A stretch of DNA of 46,580 nt from Octopus bimaculoides (lineage: Eukaryota). The notes below the pieces were generated by a model. That model did not search any database and was not told the DNA's origin. It was given only the letters and a program-made list of their open reading frames with translations. Positions 1 through 11,639 of this stretch are shown here, piece after piece (position 1 is the first letter of the stretch; each line of letters begins with the position of its first letter). The translations under genes and the position numbers were made by a program. The stretch is taken from NCBI RefSeq assembly GCF_001194135.2, contig NC_068984.1, positions 17,560,335 to 17,606,914 of the forward strand. Direction: 5' to 3'.

Positions 1-140
1 ATATATATATTGATAGATAGATAGTTATAGATATAGATATATACATATATATATATGTATATATGTATATATATATACATATATAAACATATACATATAT
101 ATATATATGTATATATGTATATATATATATACATATATAA
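1..140. repeat. (TA)n/(TAGA)n/(TACA)n compound microsatellite
   Basis: Directly visible low-complexity repeat. Confidence 0.95.
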
Positions 141-840
141 ACAGATCAACAAAGATGTATAAATATAAATGGTTATTTAACTGCACATAAGAATATATAT
201 CTAATCTTGCTCCAAAGCAATTTAGAGGTTATAACTCTCTAGAAAGAACATGTAGATCTAACAACACAAGAAAAGGATTAGAGTTCCAATATAATTGACC
301 TTCATCAGTTCTAATGCCATTTCGATCACACCGATTCCTTTAGTTAGATGGCTTAATACCAGACAATCCCTAGAATAAATCATTTGGTTTTACAAATGTG
401 ACAATTACTGTATGAGGAATATTTATAACATATAATGAAACATATGAAGAAATGGATATTATAATGGGTAAAAATATTTTTCTAGCCTTGATTTTAAACA
501 AATTTGTGCTTAGAATCCGAGGAGGGAATTTACAGGTCAACAATGAAAGGAGTGTAATCTTTACCTTGGATCTTTTTTAAGCAATAAACCATATATTTTC
601 TATAGAATTCAAAGTTATGATATTATAACGTACAGTGCTGGCTCTGAATTCGGTAGAAAATCTGTAGTTAATCACTTAAAAATGAGAATATTGCACTGCT
701 AACACTAAAAGCAAGGCACAATATTTAATTGCAAACTCTGGTAGTATATTATGGTTACAAAACAAAATTCGGTGTCCTTGTTAGTAATTAATTTTTGTTG
801 AATATTGTTCATTTATGGTGCAGTGAGAACTATCGATGTT

Positions 841-878
<38 letters not shown>

Positions 879-1171
879 TTGGAGTAATGCATAGTGTGTA
901 ACTTGCTACACAAAATTTTTGAATAATTTGGAATGGTGAAGTAAACTCCCCACCTCTTATTTTAATAAACATTCTTTTCTATTCATGGGTGTATAAGAAC
1001 AGCAAGAATTCATACAATGATGTATATGTTCATTCTTTGTACGTTTAGGTAGACTGAAACAGGAATATCTGATTGATGTTGTTGTTCATCATCAGAGAAT
1101 ACCTTCTCACTTTAAATGATGTGTTTACAACACATGTGATTCACCGGTTCATGAACACAAATCATCTAAAG

Positions 1172-1580
1172 CAGTGGTTCTCGACCAGGGTCCAAATGAC
1201 TCTTGGGAGTCCACATGGCTCTTGGGGGTCCACATGACTCTTAGGGGTCCATATGACTCTTGGGGGTGCATATGACTTTTGGAGGTCCACGTGATTCTTG
1301 GGGGTCCACATGATTCTTGGGGGTCCACATGACTCTTGGGGGTCCATATGACTCTTGAGGGTTCATATGAGATTTTGTCATCAAAATATATCTGTCATAA
1401 ATTGGTTATACTTCTGCAACATGCAAAGTATTTTAATGGAATTTCTTTATAAGATTCTTAATTTTATTTAATTATGAAAATGCAATAAGGTTTTTTTAAA
1501 CATGGAATGGCTGTGAGGGTCCACCCAAGAAAAATAAAAATTAAAGGGGTCCATAAGCAAAAAATAGTTGAGAACCACTG
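1172..1580. mobile_element. Non-autonomous hAT (Charlie-like) DNA transposon/MITE with an internal 19-bp minisatellite
   Basis: TIRs CAGTGGTTCTCGAC (from 1172) and GTTGAGAACCACTG (to 1580). The flanking 8-mers ATCTAAAG and CTTTAAAA match 5/8, consistent with a decayed 8-bp hAT TSD. Confidence 0.8.
1190..1372 (+). repeat. 19-bp tandem repeat (GTCCACATGACTCTTGGGG), about 10 copies
   Basis: Unit starts at 1190, 1209, 1228, 1247, 1266, 1285, 1304, 1323, 1342 and 1361. This explains ORF 1162-1347. Confidence 0.95.
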
Positions 1581-1751
1581 CTTTAAAAGGAGGAGAGGAG
1601 GTATTTTCAGTTGATGTAAAAACTACAGCAATCGGATAATTACATTCAAATCTATCAGAATATATTAGGAATATTTGGGCTGATTATGGCCAGTTTAAAT
1701 GCAACAGGGTTAAGGTAATATTGGTTTCAAATTTTGGCCCAAGGCCAGCAA

Positions 1752-2126
1752 ATGGACTCGTATCAGATGTCACCAACCTTCACTTCTTCTGTCACTTCTT
1801 CCATTGCGTCTCTCTTATTGCTTTTGCATAAATGTTGAAGAGCAAGGAGAAGAGTAAGGATGGGAGAAATGAGAGGGAAATCAAATCAGGAATTGCCATG
1901 GCCAAAAGAGAATTTAACAAATATAAAACATTGCTCACCACAGACTTGAAGCATGACCTGAAGAAGAAGCTGGTGAAAATCCTATCATGGAATGTGCTCC
2001 TCCATGGCTCTGAAACATGGACCATCAAGAAGGCCAGTGCTTGGAGACTGGATAGTGAAAAGTGGTTCTGGAGGAGAATGAAGAAAATCTGTTGGATGGA
2101 TCATGTGAGAGTTGGAGAGAAACAGT
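1752..2126 (+). mobile_element. RTE-clade LINE ORF2 fragment with an inverted 5' part (minus about 1752-1850, plus about 1851-2126) and a 28-bp TSD
   Basis: Plus: DGRNEREIKSGIAMAKREFNKYKTLL...VLLHGSETWTIKK...WFWRRMKKICW, a typical RTE post-RT region. Minus: SLLFNIYAKAIRE, then after a frameshift AMEEVTEEVKVGDI*YES, the RT region preceding FADD. Direct repeats at 1724-1751 and 2127-2154 match 27/28. Confidence 0.85.
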
Positions 2127-2340
2127 GTTTCAAATTTTGGCACAAGGCCAGCAATTTCAGAGGAGGGAGTAAGTAAATTTGATTAGATCAACCTCAGAGC
2201 ACAACTGGTACTCTTTTTTTTTTATGATGAAAGGCAAAATTGACCCTAGCGAAATTTGAACCCAGAACGTAAAGTCAGACGAAATACCACCAAGTATTTT
2301 GCCTGGCGTAGTAACAATTCTGCTAGCTTGCTGCTTTATG
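2127..2340 (-). mobile_element. tRNA-derived SINE, family B (head GGCGGCGAGCTGGCAGAAT...GAGTTCAAATT), 3' tail interrupted by the RTE insertion
   Basis: The reverse complement matches the copy at 37357-37573. The split-off tail piece lies at about 1720-1751. Confidence 0.8.
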
Positions 2341-2374
2341 GTCCTCCTCCTCCTCCTCCTCCTCGTCATCATCA

Positions 2375-2460
2375 TCATCATCATCATCATCATCGTTTAA
2401 CGTCTGCTTTCCATGCTGACGGTTTGACTGGGGACTGGCAAGCCAGGAGGCTGCATTAGG
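2375..2460 (-). mobile_element. Short 3' tail of the RTE/SINE family ending in (GAT)n
   Basis: CATCGTTTAACGTCTGCTTTCCATGC...GACTGGCAAGCCAG matches the tail at 13000-13092. Confidence 0.7.
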
Positions 2461-3391
2461 CATAATAATAATAAGCATCACATGAAGACATGAGCTTACT
2501 GATCAAACTGAAATACATCTATTGCTTGTCTATTCTACTGGCTGTAAGCAACTGATAAATTATCTTCAGGAGAAAAATAGCATGGTTAAAATAGCAGATA
2601 AAATATTTTTAGAACCTAATTTGAGGGATGGATTGACAGGTAATCTGTCATGTAATTGGTAAAATGAATTCTTACCAATTGATAGATACACTGGTCACGT
2701 CTCATCAGTAAGCCTGTTTCTATTTTCTGTCTGAAATAGAAAAGTATAACATTTAATATTATCATTTATATAAAAGTTTTGAAGCTGATGACTCTTCGTT
2801 TTTATAGTATATTTGTTAACCAATTAATCTTGAGTGAAGTGTTTTGGATAATATCATAAGAGCAGTGTTGGTGAAAATATGTAAATTTTCAATATTTTGG
2901 CTGATTTGTTTCATGCTGCCAATCCACCGATCGATTCGCTTGTTCACACATACACACATATAGATATGCACACACACACACTCACATACATATATGCACA
3001 CATACACACACGAATTTAATAACAGATTAATTCTGCTCCACATTATTTTAAAGTTTCGTAAGCATAGAAAATATCCACATTATCAAATGTTTGGAGTTGG
3101 AGTGGAGAGAATTTAAAAGAAATTTAAAATGGCTTCTCGATGAGAGCACTTAGGTGATTGTTGGTCAGCTCAGGTCATGCTGGTGCCTTGAACACCTAGC
3201 AACATTAATTCTTTCATTGATTACCGCATGTGATAGAGCAGACAGAATATTGATGTTAGATGTTAGTCAAAATTCTGTAGGATGCGACATTTCAGCAACA
3301 ATAATTATCATATGAAGATGTAACCAGTTTTGTGGTGTCAGGTACATTGGAGTTGGCACAACAAGCATGACTGCCAGGTGATGGTATGCTG

Positions 3392-3570
3392 CCTGTATTT
3401 CAAAGGGGCCAGCCTTGTCACACTCTGTTATGCTGAATCTCCCCAAGAACTACGTTAAGGGTATACGTGTCTGTGGAGTGCTCAGCCACTTGCATGTTAA
3501 TTTCACAAGCAGACTGTTCCATTGATTGGATTAAATGGAACCCTCGCCATCATAACCGACTGAGTGCCAC
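3392..3570 (+). mobile_element. 3' half of SINE family C
   Basis: Shares CAGCCTTGTCACACT...GTGTCTGTGGAGTGCTCAGCCACTTGCA with 7830-8206 and 35972-36353. Confidence 0.85.
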
Positions 3571-3574
3571 GATG

Positions 3575-3895
3575 TATATATTTCCCATTTGTGGAGGTCA
3601 AGATGGAATTGTGACAGTGAGTCTTTGACACAGTCCTTGAAATGCTTCTTAGGCTTTTGTTGAGGCTTTCTTTTCTGCTCCAGCCAGCTCTCTGTAAAGC
3701 ATCTGCTTGGGTATACAGCTACCATCTGGCTGTATCAAATGTCCTGCCTAGCAAAGGTGGTGCTTTGTATGTGAGCTACTAAGCCGAGAGCATCAGCTTG
3801 TTCCAGCAATTCCATGTCTGGAACATGTGAAATCCAGTGAATTGATCTCAGGTAGCACAGGTGGAAGTGTTCCAGTAGGTTTAAATATTCCCTGT
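3575..3895 (-). mobile_element. Degraded RTE LINE ORF2 C-terminal fragment
   Basis: Minus frames give LLEHFHLCYLRSI, DGSCIPKQMLYRELAG and KPKKHFKDCVKDSL, matching RTE/BovB-type C-terminal motifs with frameshifts. Confidence 0.75.
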
Positions 3896-3904
3896 GAAAT
3901 ATAT

Positions 3905-4042
3905 ACATACATACGTGCATACATACATACCTACCTACCTAAATACCTACATACATACATGGAAGTAGAGAGAGAGAGAGAGGCAAAGAGAGAGAGAATG
4001 AGCAAAAAGAGACAGAGATAGAAGCAGAGAAAGAGAGTCATA

Positions 4043-4080
<38 letters not shown>
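3905..4080. repeat. (TACA)n, (GA)n and (TA)n microsatellites
   Basis: Directly visible. Confidence 0.9.
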
Positions 4081-4084
4081 TATG

Positions 4085-4426
4085 GCAGAAATAATCTTTA
4101 TGAGTTCAGAAAGAATCTACACTGCTCAGTACCCTGTTGTTGATGTTGAAATTCCAATGAAGGAGCCTTGGATCTAGGTTAGAAACCGGTTCTTTCTCTA
4201 CTGGCAAGAAATCTTGAAATGAACTGAATAATGACATACAGACATACATACGTACATACATACATACATACATACGTACACACATAAATACATATATACA
4301 TACGTACGTACATGCATACATGCATACATACATACCGACACCCACATTAACCACTGCAAACCTTTTCAACATGAGCATGCACTGAGTAGTGTAGATTCTT
4401 TCTGAACTCATAAAGACTATTTCTGC
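4085..4426. mobile_element. Fold-back/MITE-like element with 46-bp terminal inverted repeats inside (TA)n
   Basis: 4085-4130 GCAGAAATAATCTTTATGAGTTCAGAAAGAATCTACACTGCTCAGT matches the reverse complement of 4381-4426 at 44/46. (TA)n flanks both sides and there is an internal (TACA)n tract. Confidence 0.65.
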
Positions 4427-4429
4427 TAC

Positions 4430-4476
<47 letters not shown>

Positions 4477-4940
4477 NNNNNNNNNNNNNNNNNNNNNNNN
4501 NNNNNNNNNNNNNNNNNNNNNNNNNNNNNNNNNNNNNNNNNNNNNNNNNNNNNNNNNNNNNNNNNNNNNNNNNNNNNNNNNNNNNNNNNNNNNNNNNNNN
4601 NNNNNNNNNNNNNNNNNNNNNNNNNNNNNNNNNNNNNNNNNNCCCCCCCCCCCATATATATGCATGTAGTTTGTGCGTGCAATAATGCATATATGTTGTT
4701 TAATTTTGTATTGATTTGTTTACTCTTTTCCCCAGATCTAATTTGTTGTAATTTGGTTGATTAACTGCTTCAAAGATATTTTATGAATAGGGCTTTGTAA
4801 TGTTCGAGCGTCTCATTTATATCTACACATGCAGACACAGATACACATACATACATATGCATACAGATATATATATAAATATATAAGTTTGTATTGGGAT
4901 ATATATGTATATATATACATACATGTATGTATGTATGTAT

Positions 4941-4974
<34 letters not shown>

Positions 4975-5689
4975 ATNNNNNNNNNNNNNNNNNNNNNNNN
5001 NNNNNNNNNNNNNNNNNNNNNNNNNNNNNNNNNNNNNNNNNNNNNNNNNNNNNNNNNNNNNNNNNNNNNNNNNNNNNNNNNNNNNNNNNNNNNNNNNNNN
5101 NNNNNNNNNNNNNNNNNNNNNNNNNNNNNNNNNNNNNNNNNNNNNNNNNNNNNNNNNNNNNNNNNNNNNNNNNNNNNNNNNNNNNNNNNNNNNNNNNNNN
5201 NNNNNNNNNNNNNNNNNNNNNNNNAATTATCTTTTTATTGAACTTTTTTCTATATCTCACATTAACATACAATTTCAGAATAAATAATGCACCTAAATTT
5301 AATATTTCTACAGAAATTCTGTAGAATTTTAAGGTAATTGTTGGCAAATCCCCTTTCTGGGATCGATTTTGTCAAGCTGACAAACATTTTCCATCTCTTT
5401 GAATGTTAATTTCATTTTTTTTTCTTTTTTTGTGGCATGGGATCTGGTTTGTTCTATAGGAAAAGTTTTCTCCTGAGAGAGAATCTTCACCATCACCACT
5501 ACGAGTTGCTATAGATGCTATCCCTCACTATCATCTTGGATGATATCCCGTGGTAAAGTCACATAACATAAGCTCCAAATATTTCCTCTTTGATGCCAGA
5601 AAATTCTTCAGCTCTCTTTAGTTACTGATCCTCTGAAAAACTCATGTATGACCCATCTGGTTCAGTGCTGCTGCTTAGATACTCACACA

Positions 5690-5960
5690 TCCTAATCCAG
5701 CCAGCATTGAAAAGAAAGCTTCAATTACTGACCCTCTAAAAAGCTCATGTAAGACCTAAATTTGGTACTGTGTCTTAACCTGGTGTGTTACTACTGCTAA
5801 GTACATGCATATCTCAGTCTGCTTTAAGTACAGAGGCTTGATGTTCATTACCAGGGCATATCTTGGGTAGCAACAATGAGAAGAATGCACTATCTTATTG
5901 TTACCACCAAATGAACACCCTGGGAATAAACTTCAAGCCTTTGGCAGCTGGTAAGCCAGA
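5690..5960 (+). mobile_element. Highly degraded CR1/L2-like LINE RT C-terminal fragment
   Basis: LTL*KAHVRPKFG resembles the LYKxxVRPxLEY motif. Stops and frameshifts are present. Confidence 0.4.
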
Positions 5961-6539
5961 TATATCACTCTAGACAGAGCTGTCCCATACAAAGGCAAAA
6001 TATTTAATCTTTGCCATCCACAAACACTATAGTCCATCCATGTTGGTCATGTAACCTCAATTTTAGCCCACCACTACTAAATTTCGTCACTGCCACATAA
6101 GGACTGCTACCACTAATGTATGACAATGACAATAACGGTGAGTGTGTATTTTGGACTACAGTATTCAATGTAAACTGTGACTTGAAGAAAACTTAGTTGT
6201 TACTTCTAAGAAGACAACATACTGTACAGAGGCTTCCTTATTAGTTTATATATTTTTTGAGACTGAGGCATCTTAGGAGATAAGGAAAGTAACTGCTTTC
6301 TAGAGAGGGGAATTGAATGTTTGTTTTTTTTTACTGTTTTCTGATGGCAGTCAATTAAGAAATGGTAGCTTCAACATTGGTAAATTACGCAGAATATAAC
6401 GGAGAGATGCGTGATGATGGTTGGAGGCAACAGCCATTATATTAGCGGAAAGGCTTGTGGTAATATTCATAGCATTAAGTTTAGCGAGTGTACATTGGGG
6501 AAAGTTAGATATTTGGAATGACAATTTGCAATTTAATGT

Positions 6540-6715
6540 CAAGGAGAACAACAACAACACCAGCAAGGAGAAGAAGAAGAAGAAGAAGAAGAAGAAGAAG
6601 AAGAAGAAGAAGAAGAAGAAGAAGAAGAAGAAGAAGAAGAAGAAGAAGAAGAACAACAACAACAACAACAACAACAACCACAACAATAACAGTAGCAATA
6701 ACAACAATAGCAGTG
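6540..6715. repeat. (GAA)n/(AAC)n/(AAT)n trinucleotide array
   Basis: Directly visible; source of the poly-K/L/F/R ORFs. Confidence 0.95.
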
Positions 6716-6909
6716 ATTTTAACAGAAATAACTCCATTAATAATAATAAAATAAAGAACACTACCAACATATTGGCATATTGGCAATAATAACAATAATA
6801 AGAACAATAATCACTACAATAACATCATAACGAGAAGAATATTGTTTCTAGAGGTAATGATAAGAGAAACAATGACAGCATTGAAAACATCAACAACAAT
6901 GATGATGAT

Positions 6910-7445
6910 GATGATGAAATAAGAAATTCTGAAGTGGTTGGGCAGTCGGCTAGAAATAGGAACCAAATATCTCTCAACAATGTCCAGCAAAATCATGACA
7001 ATAATGAAATAAGGAAGAAGTGTGGATGTGATCTATCAGCAAGCTAGAAATAGCAGCCAAATATTTCTCAAAACCATCCAGCAAAATCGTGAATAATGGT
7101 GAAATAAGGAAGAAATCTGCATGTGGTCTATCAGCAAGCTAGAAATAGTGAACAAACATTTCTCAAAACGTCCAGCAAAATCATAACTGATGAAATAAGA
7201 TAAATGTCTGCATGTGGCTTTTTAGCAAGCTAGAAATAACAACCAAACATCTACCAGAAACTTTCAGCAAAATTATGACAATGATGAAATATGGAAGAAG
7301 TCTGCATGTGGCTTATCGACAAGCTAGAAATAGCAACGAAACATCTCTCAACAACGCCCAGCAAAATCATGACTGATTAAATATGGAAGAAGTGTGCATG
7401 TGATCTATCAGCTTGCTAGAAATAGCAGCCAAACGTCTCCCACAA
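6910..7445 (+). repeat. Tandem repeat with a unit of about 93 bp, 6 copies
   Basis: The core GCTAGAAATA recurs at 6949, 7043, 7138, 7229, 7323 and 7415 with homologous intervening sequence. Confidence 0.9.
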
Positions 7446-7829
7446 AATGTCAGGAGAAAGACTGGCAGTATTGAAAATATAAACAGCAACTCCTTCTACA
7501 GACAAAAACTTCATTTGAAATTTCAATTAGAATTGAGTGTTGTCATCATGTGCAGTTTTTCCACATCTCACCAGCAATTAAAAGGGGAAAAATGCAAGTA
7601 GTATGGTGTGACAACATCAGACATATTTCAGTTTTATTAATCTCTTCAGCAAAGCATTGTCATTACGGTGATTGCTAAATGTGTAATAATAAATTACTGC
7701 ATAAACATGCAATAATGCAGACAATAGTTTGATACCTAAAGTTTCTGATTTCAAATCCAATCAACCTTCTTGTATTCTTTTAACTTTAAAGGGTTGATGA
7801 AATAAACACTAGTAAAATACTTGGGTTGT

Positions 7830-8206
7830 GGAGACACATGACTGAGTGATTAGAGCAGCAGACTTGTGGTTGAGGGATCATGGGTTCAAATATCAAACCA
7901 GGGCGATGTGTGTGGTTATGAGTGAAACACCTAAGCTTATGCGGCTCCAGCAGAAGGGTAATGGCAAACCTCTGCTGACTCTTTTGCCACAACTTTCTCT
8001 CACTTTTTCTTCCTGTTTCTGTTGTAGTTGCATTTCAAATCGCCAGCCTTGTCACACTCTGTGTCATGCTGAATCTCCCCGAGAACTACACTAAGGGTAC
8101 ATGTGTCTGTGGAGTGCTCAGCCACTTGCACGTTAATTTCACAAGCAGGCTGTTCTCTTGATCGGATCAACTGGAACCCACGTCATCGTAACTGACAGAG
8201 TGCCAN
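7830..8206 (+). mobile_element. SINE family C, older near-full-length copy running into a gap
   Basis: tRNA-like head (GGGTTCAAATATC) and a body colinear with 35972-36353. Confidence 0.85.
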
Positions 8207-8969
8207 NNNNNNNNNNNNNNNNNNNNNNNNNNNNNNNNNNNNNNNNNNNNNNNNNNNNNNNNNNNNNNNNNNNNNNNNNNNNNNNNNNNNNNNNNNNNNN
8301 NNNNNNNNNNNNNNNNNNNNNNNNNNNNNNNNNNNNNNNNNNNNNNNNNNNNNNNNNNNNNNNNNNNNNNNNNNNNNNNNNNNNNNNNNNNNNNNNNNNN
8401 NNNNNNNNNNNNNNNNNNNNNNNNNNNNNNNNNNNNNNTGCAGGGATTCCTTGAGACATGTAATTTATTTTAAGGGTTACACAAGGGTAAAAAGGTTGAG
8501 AAATACGGCAATAAGGTGTCATCATAACCAATGGAGTGCCATGACTCCAAAGTATATTAAACATTTTTATAAGTCAATATTATGTTCTACTGTGTTAGCA
8601 GTGCTATTACATCATTTGTTAAGGTTATCTTGACAGATTTTCTATAGAAATTATAGCCAGGAAACCTTATTTTCCTGAAAATTATAATTTATTGTCATTA
8701 TTCCTTTTGAAAGTTAATAGAAAAACACTTGGTCGTGTGATTTTGACCAGCTTGTTTTTTTTTATAATGAAGGATGATGTTGGTGATTTTTAAAGAATAT
8801 ACGTATTGCAAATCTAATAGCAATGGCCAAAGAAAAATTTGTTACAGTGTCATCAAAGAGGATAGAAAAAAATAAGAAAGAAAAAAATAGATGAGAATAG
8901 AAGAAAATTAAACAAAATAGAGAATAGAAGCAATTAGAAGAAACGAGATGTGAGTAGAAGAAATAAAAT

Positions 8970-9125
8970 GAGAATAGATGAGAATAGAAAAAAATTGGAA
9001 GAAAATAAATGGGAAAAGAAAAAATTGGAAGAAAATTGAGGAGAAAAGAAAAAATTGGAAGAAAATAGATGAGAATAGAAGAAATTGGAAGGAAATAGAT
9101 GAGAAAAGAAAAAAATGGAAGAAAA
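8970..9125 (+). repeat. Purine-rich 30-bp minisatellite, 5 copies
   Basis: The TGGAA core recurs with a 30-bp period (about 8995, 9025, 9055, 9085, 9115). Confidence 0.9.
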
Positions 9126-9649
9126 CAGAAGTACAGATAAAAGACAACAAACGAAAATCATAAAGAACAGGAAGTATTTTGTTAGAACTGTGATGAAGTT
9201 CAGAGAATGGTTGGATAGAAATTGTTTGAAAAGCAAGATGAAATGAAAAGGTTCTTTGTAATCCCTAGCACAAGATAATTATCATAACACGGAATGAATT
9301 GTTTGACAAGTCAATCATTTACATATGTCTGAAAAGGCTGTCACACACTTATTAGAACATTACACAATGGCATAAAGAATTTCCTGGATTGTTGTTGTTG
9401 ATGATGATGCTTAGCTCCAGGTCATTACTGACCAGGGTGACCTTTAACCAAAGACAATTACATCCATAACAGGCTTTTATTCAAATTCAAACATAAAGTG
9501 TATATATATGGGGTGCACCCTGATGGTTCGTTATTGTAAGGGGAATAATGATTTCTAGATAAAACTTTATGCCATTAGGAGCTTGGATTTTTAAGTCGAA
9601 GACCTAGGAAGAAGGTGCATGGGAAACAGATTCGTTCCTTTTTTTTCAT

Positions 9650-9862
9650 TCTTTTATTTGTTTCAGTCATTTGAGTGTGGCCATGCTGGAGCACCGCCTT
9701 TAGTCCAACAAATCGACCCCAGAACGTATTCTTTGTAAGCCTAATACTCATTCTATTGGACTCTTTAGCCAAACCCCTAAGTTCCAGGGATGTAAACACA
9801 CCAACATCGATTGTCAAGCAATGGTGGGGTGGGGTGGGAGAAACACAGACATCCAAACTTAT

Positions 9863-9909
<47 letters not shown>

Positions 9910-10073
9910 CACGATGGGCTTCTTTCAGTTTCCATCTACCAAATCCACTCACAAGGCTTTGGTCAGCCTGAGGCTATAGTAGAAGACACTTGCCCAAAGT
10001 GCCACGCAGTGGGACTGAACCCGGAACCATGTAGTTGGGAAGCAAGCTTCTTACTACATAGCCACACCTGTGC
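9650..10073 (-). mobile_element. tRNA-derived SINE, family A (abundant; internal (CA)n/(TA)n tract), full length
   Basis: The minus strand has the head GGCTATGTAGTAAG...GGGTTCAGTCCCACTGCGTGGCACTTTGGGCAAGT and a tail ending ATGACTGAAACAAATAAAAGA. Many homologous copies occur in the window. Confidence 0.9.
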
Positions 10074-10911
10074 TTCTAAAACAACACTTATTAAGTTCTT
10101 AAGATTTTCAGTTATAGGTAATCACGTATAGCGCTGTTTCATTCTTGTTAGAAATCTTCAGTATAATATATACAATCCTGTGTGTATTTACATATCTTAT
10201 GATAGGCTTTCATATTTTAAGATGTAGTCATTACTTATGACCTAACTCCAATTATTCAATATGTTCCCATATTTAAGACATTTATCCATATTCAAGATGT
10301 GCCTCTATATTTAAGATAAGCTTCTATCATCATTTAACATCCACTTTTCCATGCTTGCATAGGTCAGAAGGAATTTATTGAGACAGATTTTCTATGGCTG
10401 GATACCCTTCCTGTCACCAACCCTCACTTGTCTCCAAGCAAGGTAGTATTTCCCATGGGTGTACATGTTTTGGGCAGAAGACTGGAAAAGAACATTATTT
10501 CTGTGATGATGATGATGATGATGATGATGGTGATGATGATGCACATTTTATAACCACCACATGATGTCAGGACAAGGCTACACACACACATACACACACA
10601 CACACACTTTGGGGCACAAAGTAGAAGAACTTGCCCAAGGTGCAGAACAGTAGGACTGAACACAATACCACATAATTAAGAAGCAAGATTCTCAACCACA
10701 CAACCACAAGCGACATGCTGCCATATTCTAAGCTGTGCTTTCATATTTAAGACATATAACTATATTGAAATTTGAGATAGATTTTGCTGTTTCTAGTCAT
10801 TTGAGCAACCATATAGAAACTCCTCATTTTTCAGTGAAGTTTGAGATATAAATGCCAGGACATAAACAGGCATTAAAATTAGACAAAATGAGCACACGAA
10901 AATAATACTAC

Positions 10912-11083
10912 TGGCTCTGTGGTAAGAAGCTTGCTTAGTAACCATATAGTTCTGGGTTCAGTCCCACTGTGTGGCACCTTGGGCAAGTATCTTCTGCTAT
11001 AGCCTCGGGCCGACCAAAACCTTGTGAGTGGATTTGGTAGATAGAAACTGAAAGAAGCCCATCATACATACATATATATATAC

Positions 11084-11126
<43 letters not shown>

Positions 11127-11348
11127 NNNNNNNNNNTTGTGTATCTGTTTGTCCCCTCACTATCGCTTGACAACCAACACTGGTGTGTTTACATTCCTGT
11201 AAACTTAGTGGTTCGGCAAAAGGGACTGATAAAATATGTACTAGGCTTACAAAGAATAAGTCCTGAGGGCGATTTGTTCAACTAAAGGTAGTGCTCCAGC
11301 ATGGCTGCAGTCAAATGACTGAAACAAGTAAAAGAATAAAAGAATAAA
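10912..11348 (+). mobile_element. SINE family A, full length
   Basis: Same head, internal microsatellite and CAGTCAAATGACTGAAACAAGTAAAAGA tail. Confidence 0.9.
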
Positions 11349-11639
11349 AAAAATAAATGCCAAGTAAAGAAATTTAAAATTTATTACAGATTTCTTATTT
11401 AGCATTTAAAACTCATATATTTATGTTGTATTTAAGAAATCAATACATAATAAAAACTTATATGTTATTTAATTACTTTCTATTTCATAGGTAAAATCAA
11501 AACAAACTGCAACTATGTTGATAATGTATTAAAACAGCAATAACAGCTGCTTTTGTCTTGCTTTCATATTAACAAAGTGATTTATCATTTTGTTATAATT
11601 TATTTCAGTAGAAGCAAATTAATAGTAACATTTTCAAAG

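Noticed and set aside
2680-2725. CTGATGAGAC on minus as a hammerhead
   Set aside because: There is no complementary stem II partner followed by GAAA.
5300-5325. TTCTACAGAAATTCTGTAGAA as a heat-shock element or micro-exon
   Set aside because: The TTC/GAA spacing does not match nGAAn arrays. It is a short AT-rich palindrome that could arise by chance.
6351-6540. Coding exon in the CpG-containing unique segment
   Set aside because: The ORFs are long only because they run through the adjacent microsatellite. No consistent splice pair or recognisable motif was found.
6910-7445. CRISPR array
   Set aside because: The inter-core segments are homologous to each other, the context is eukaryotic and there are no cas genes.
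10120-10178. CTGAAGA...GAAACAGCGCT on minus as a hammerhead
   Set aside because: Stem II lacks the 10.1-11.1 pair, stem III and the cleavage triplet do not form, and stem I is only 2 bp.
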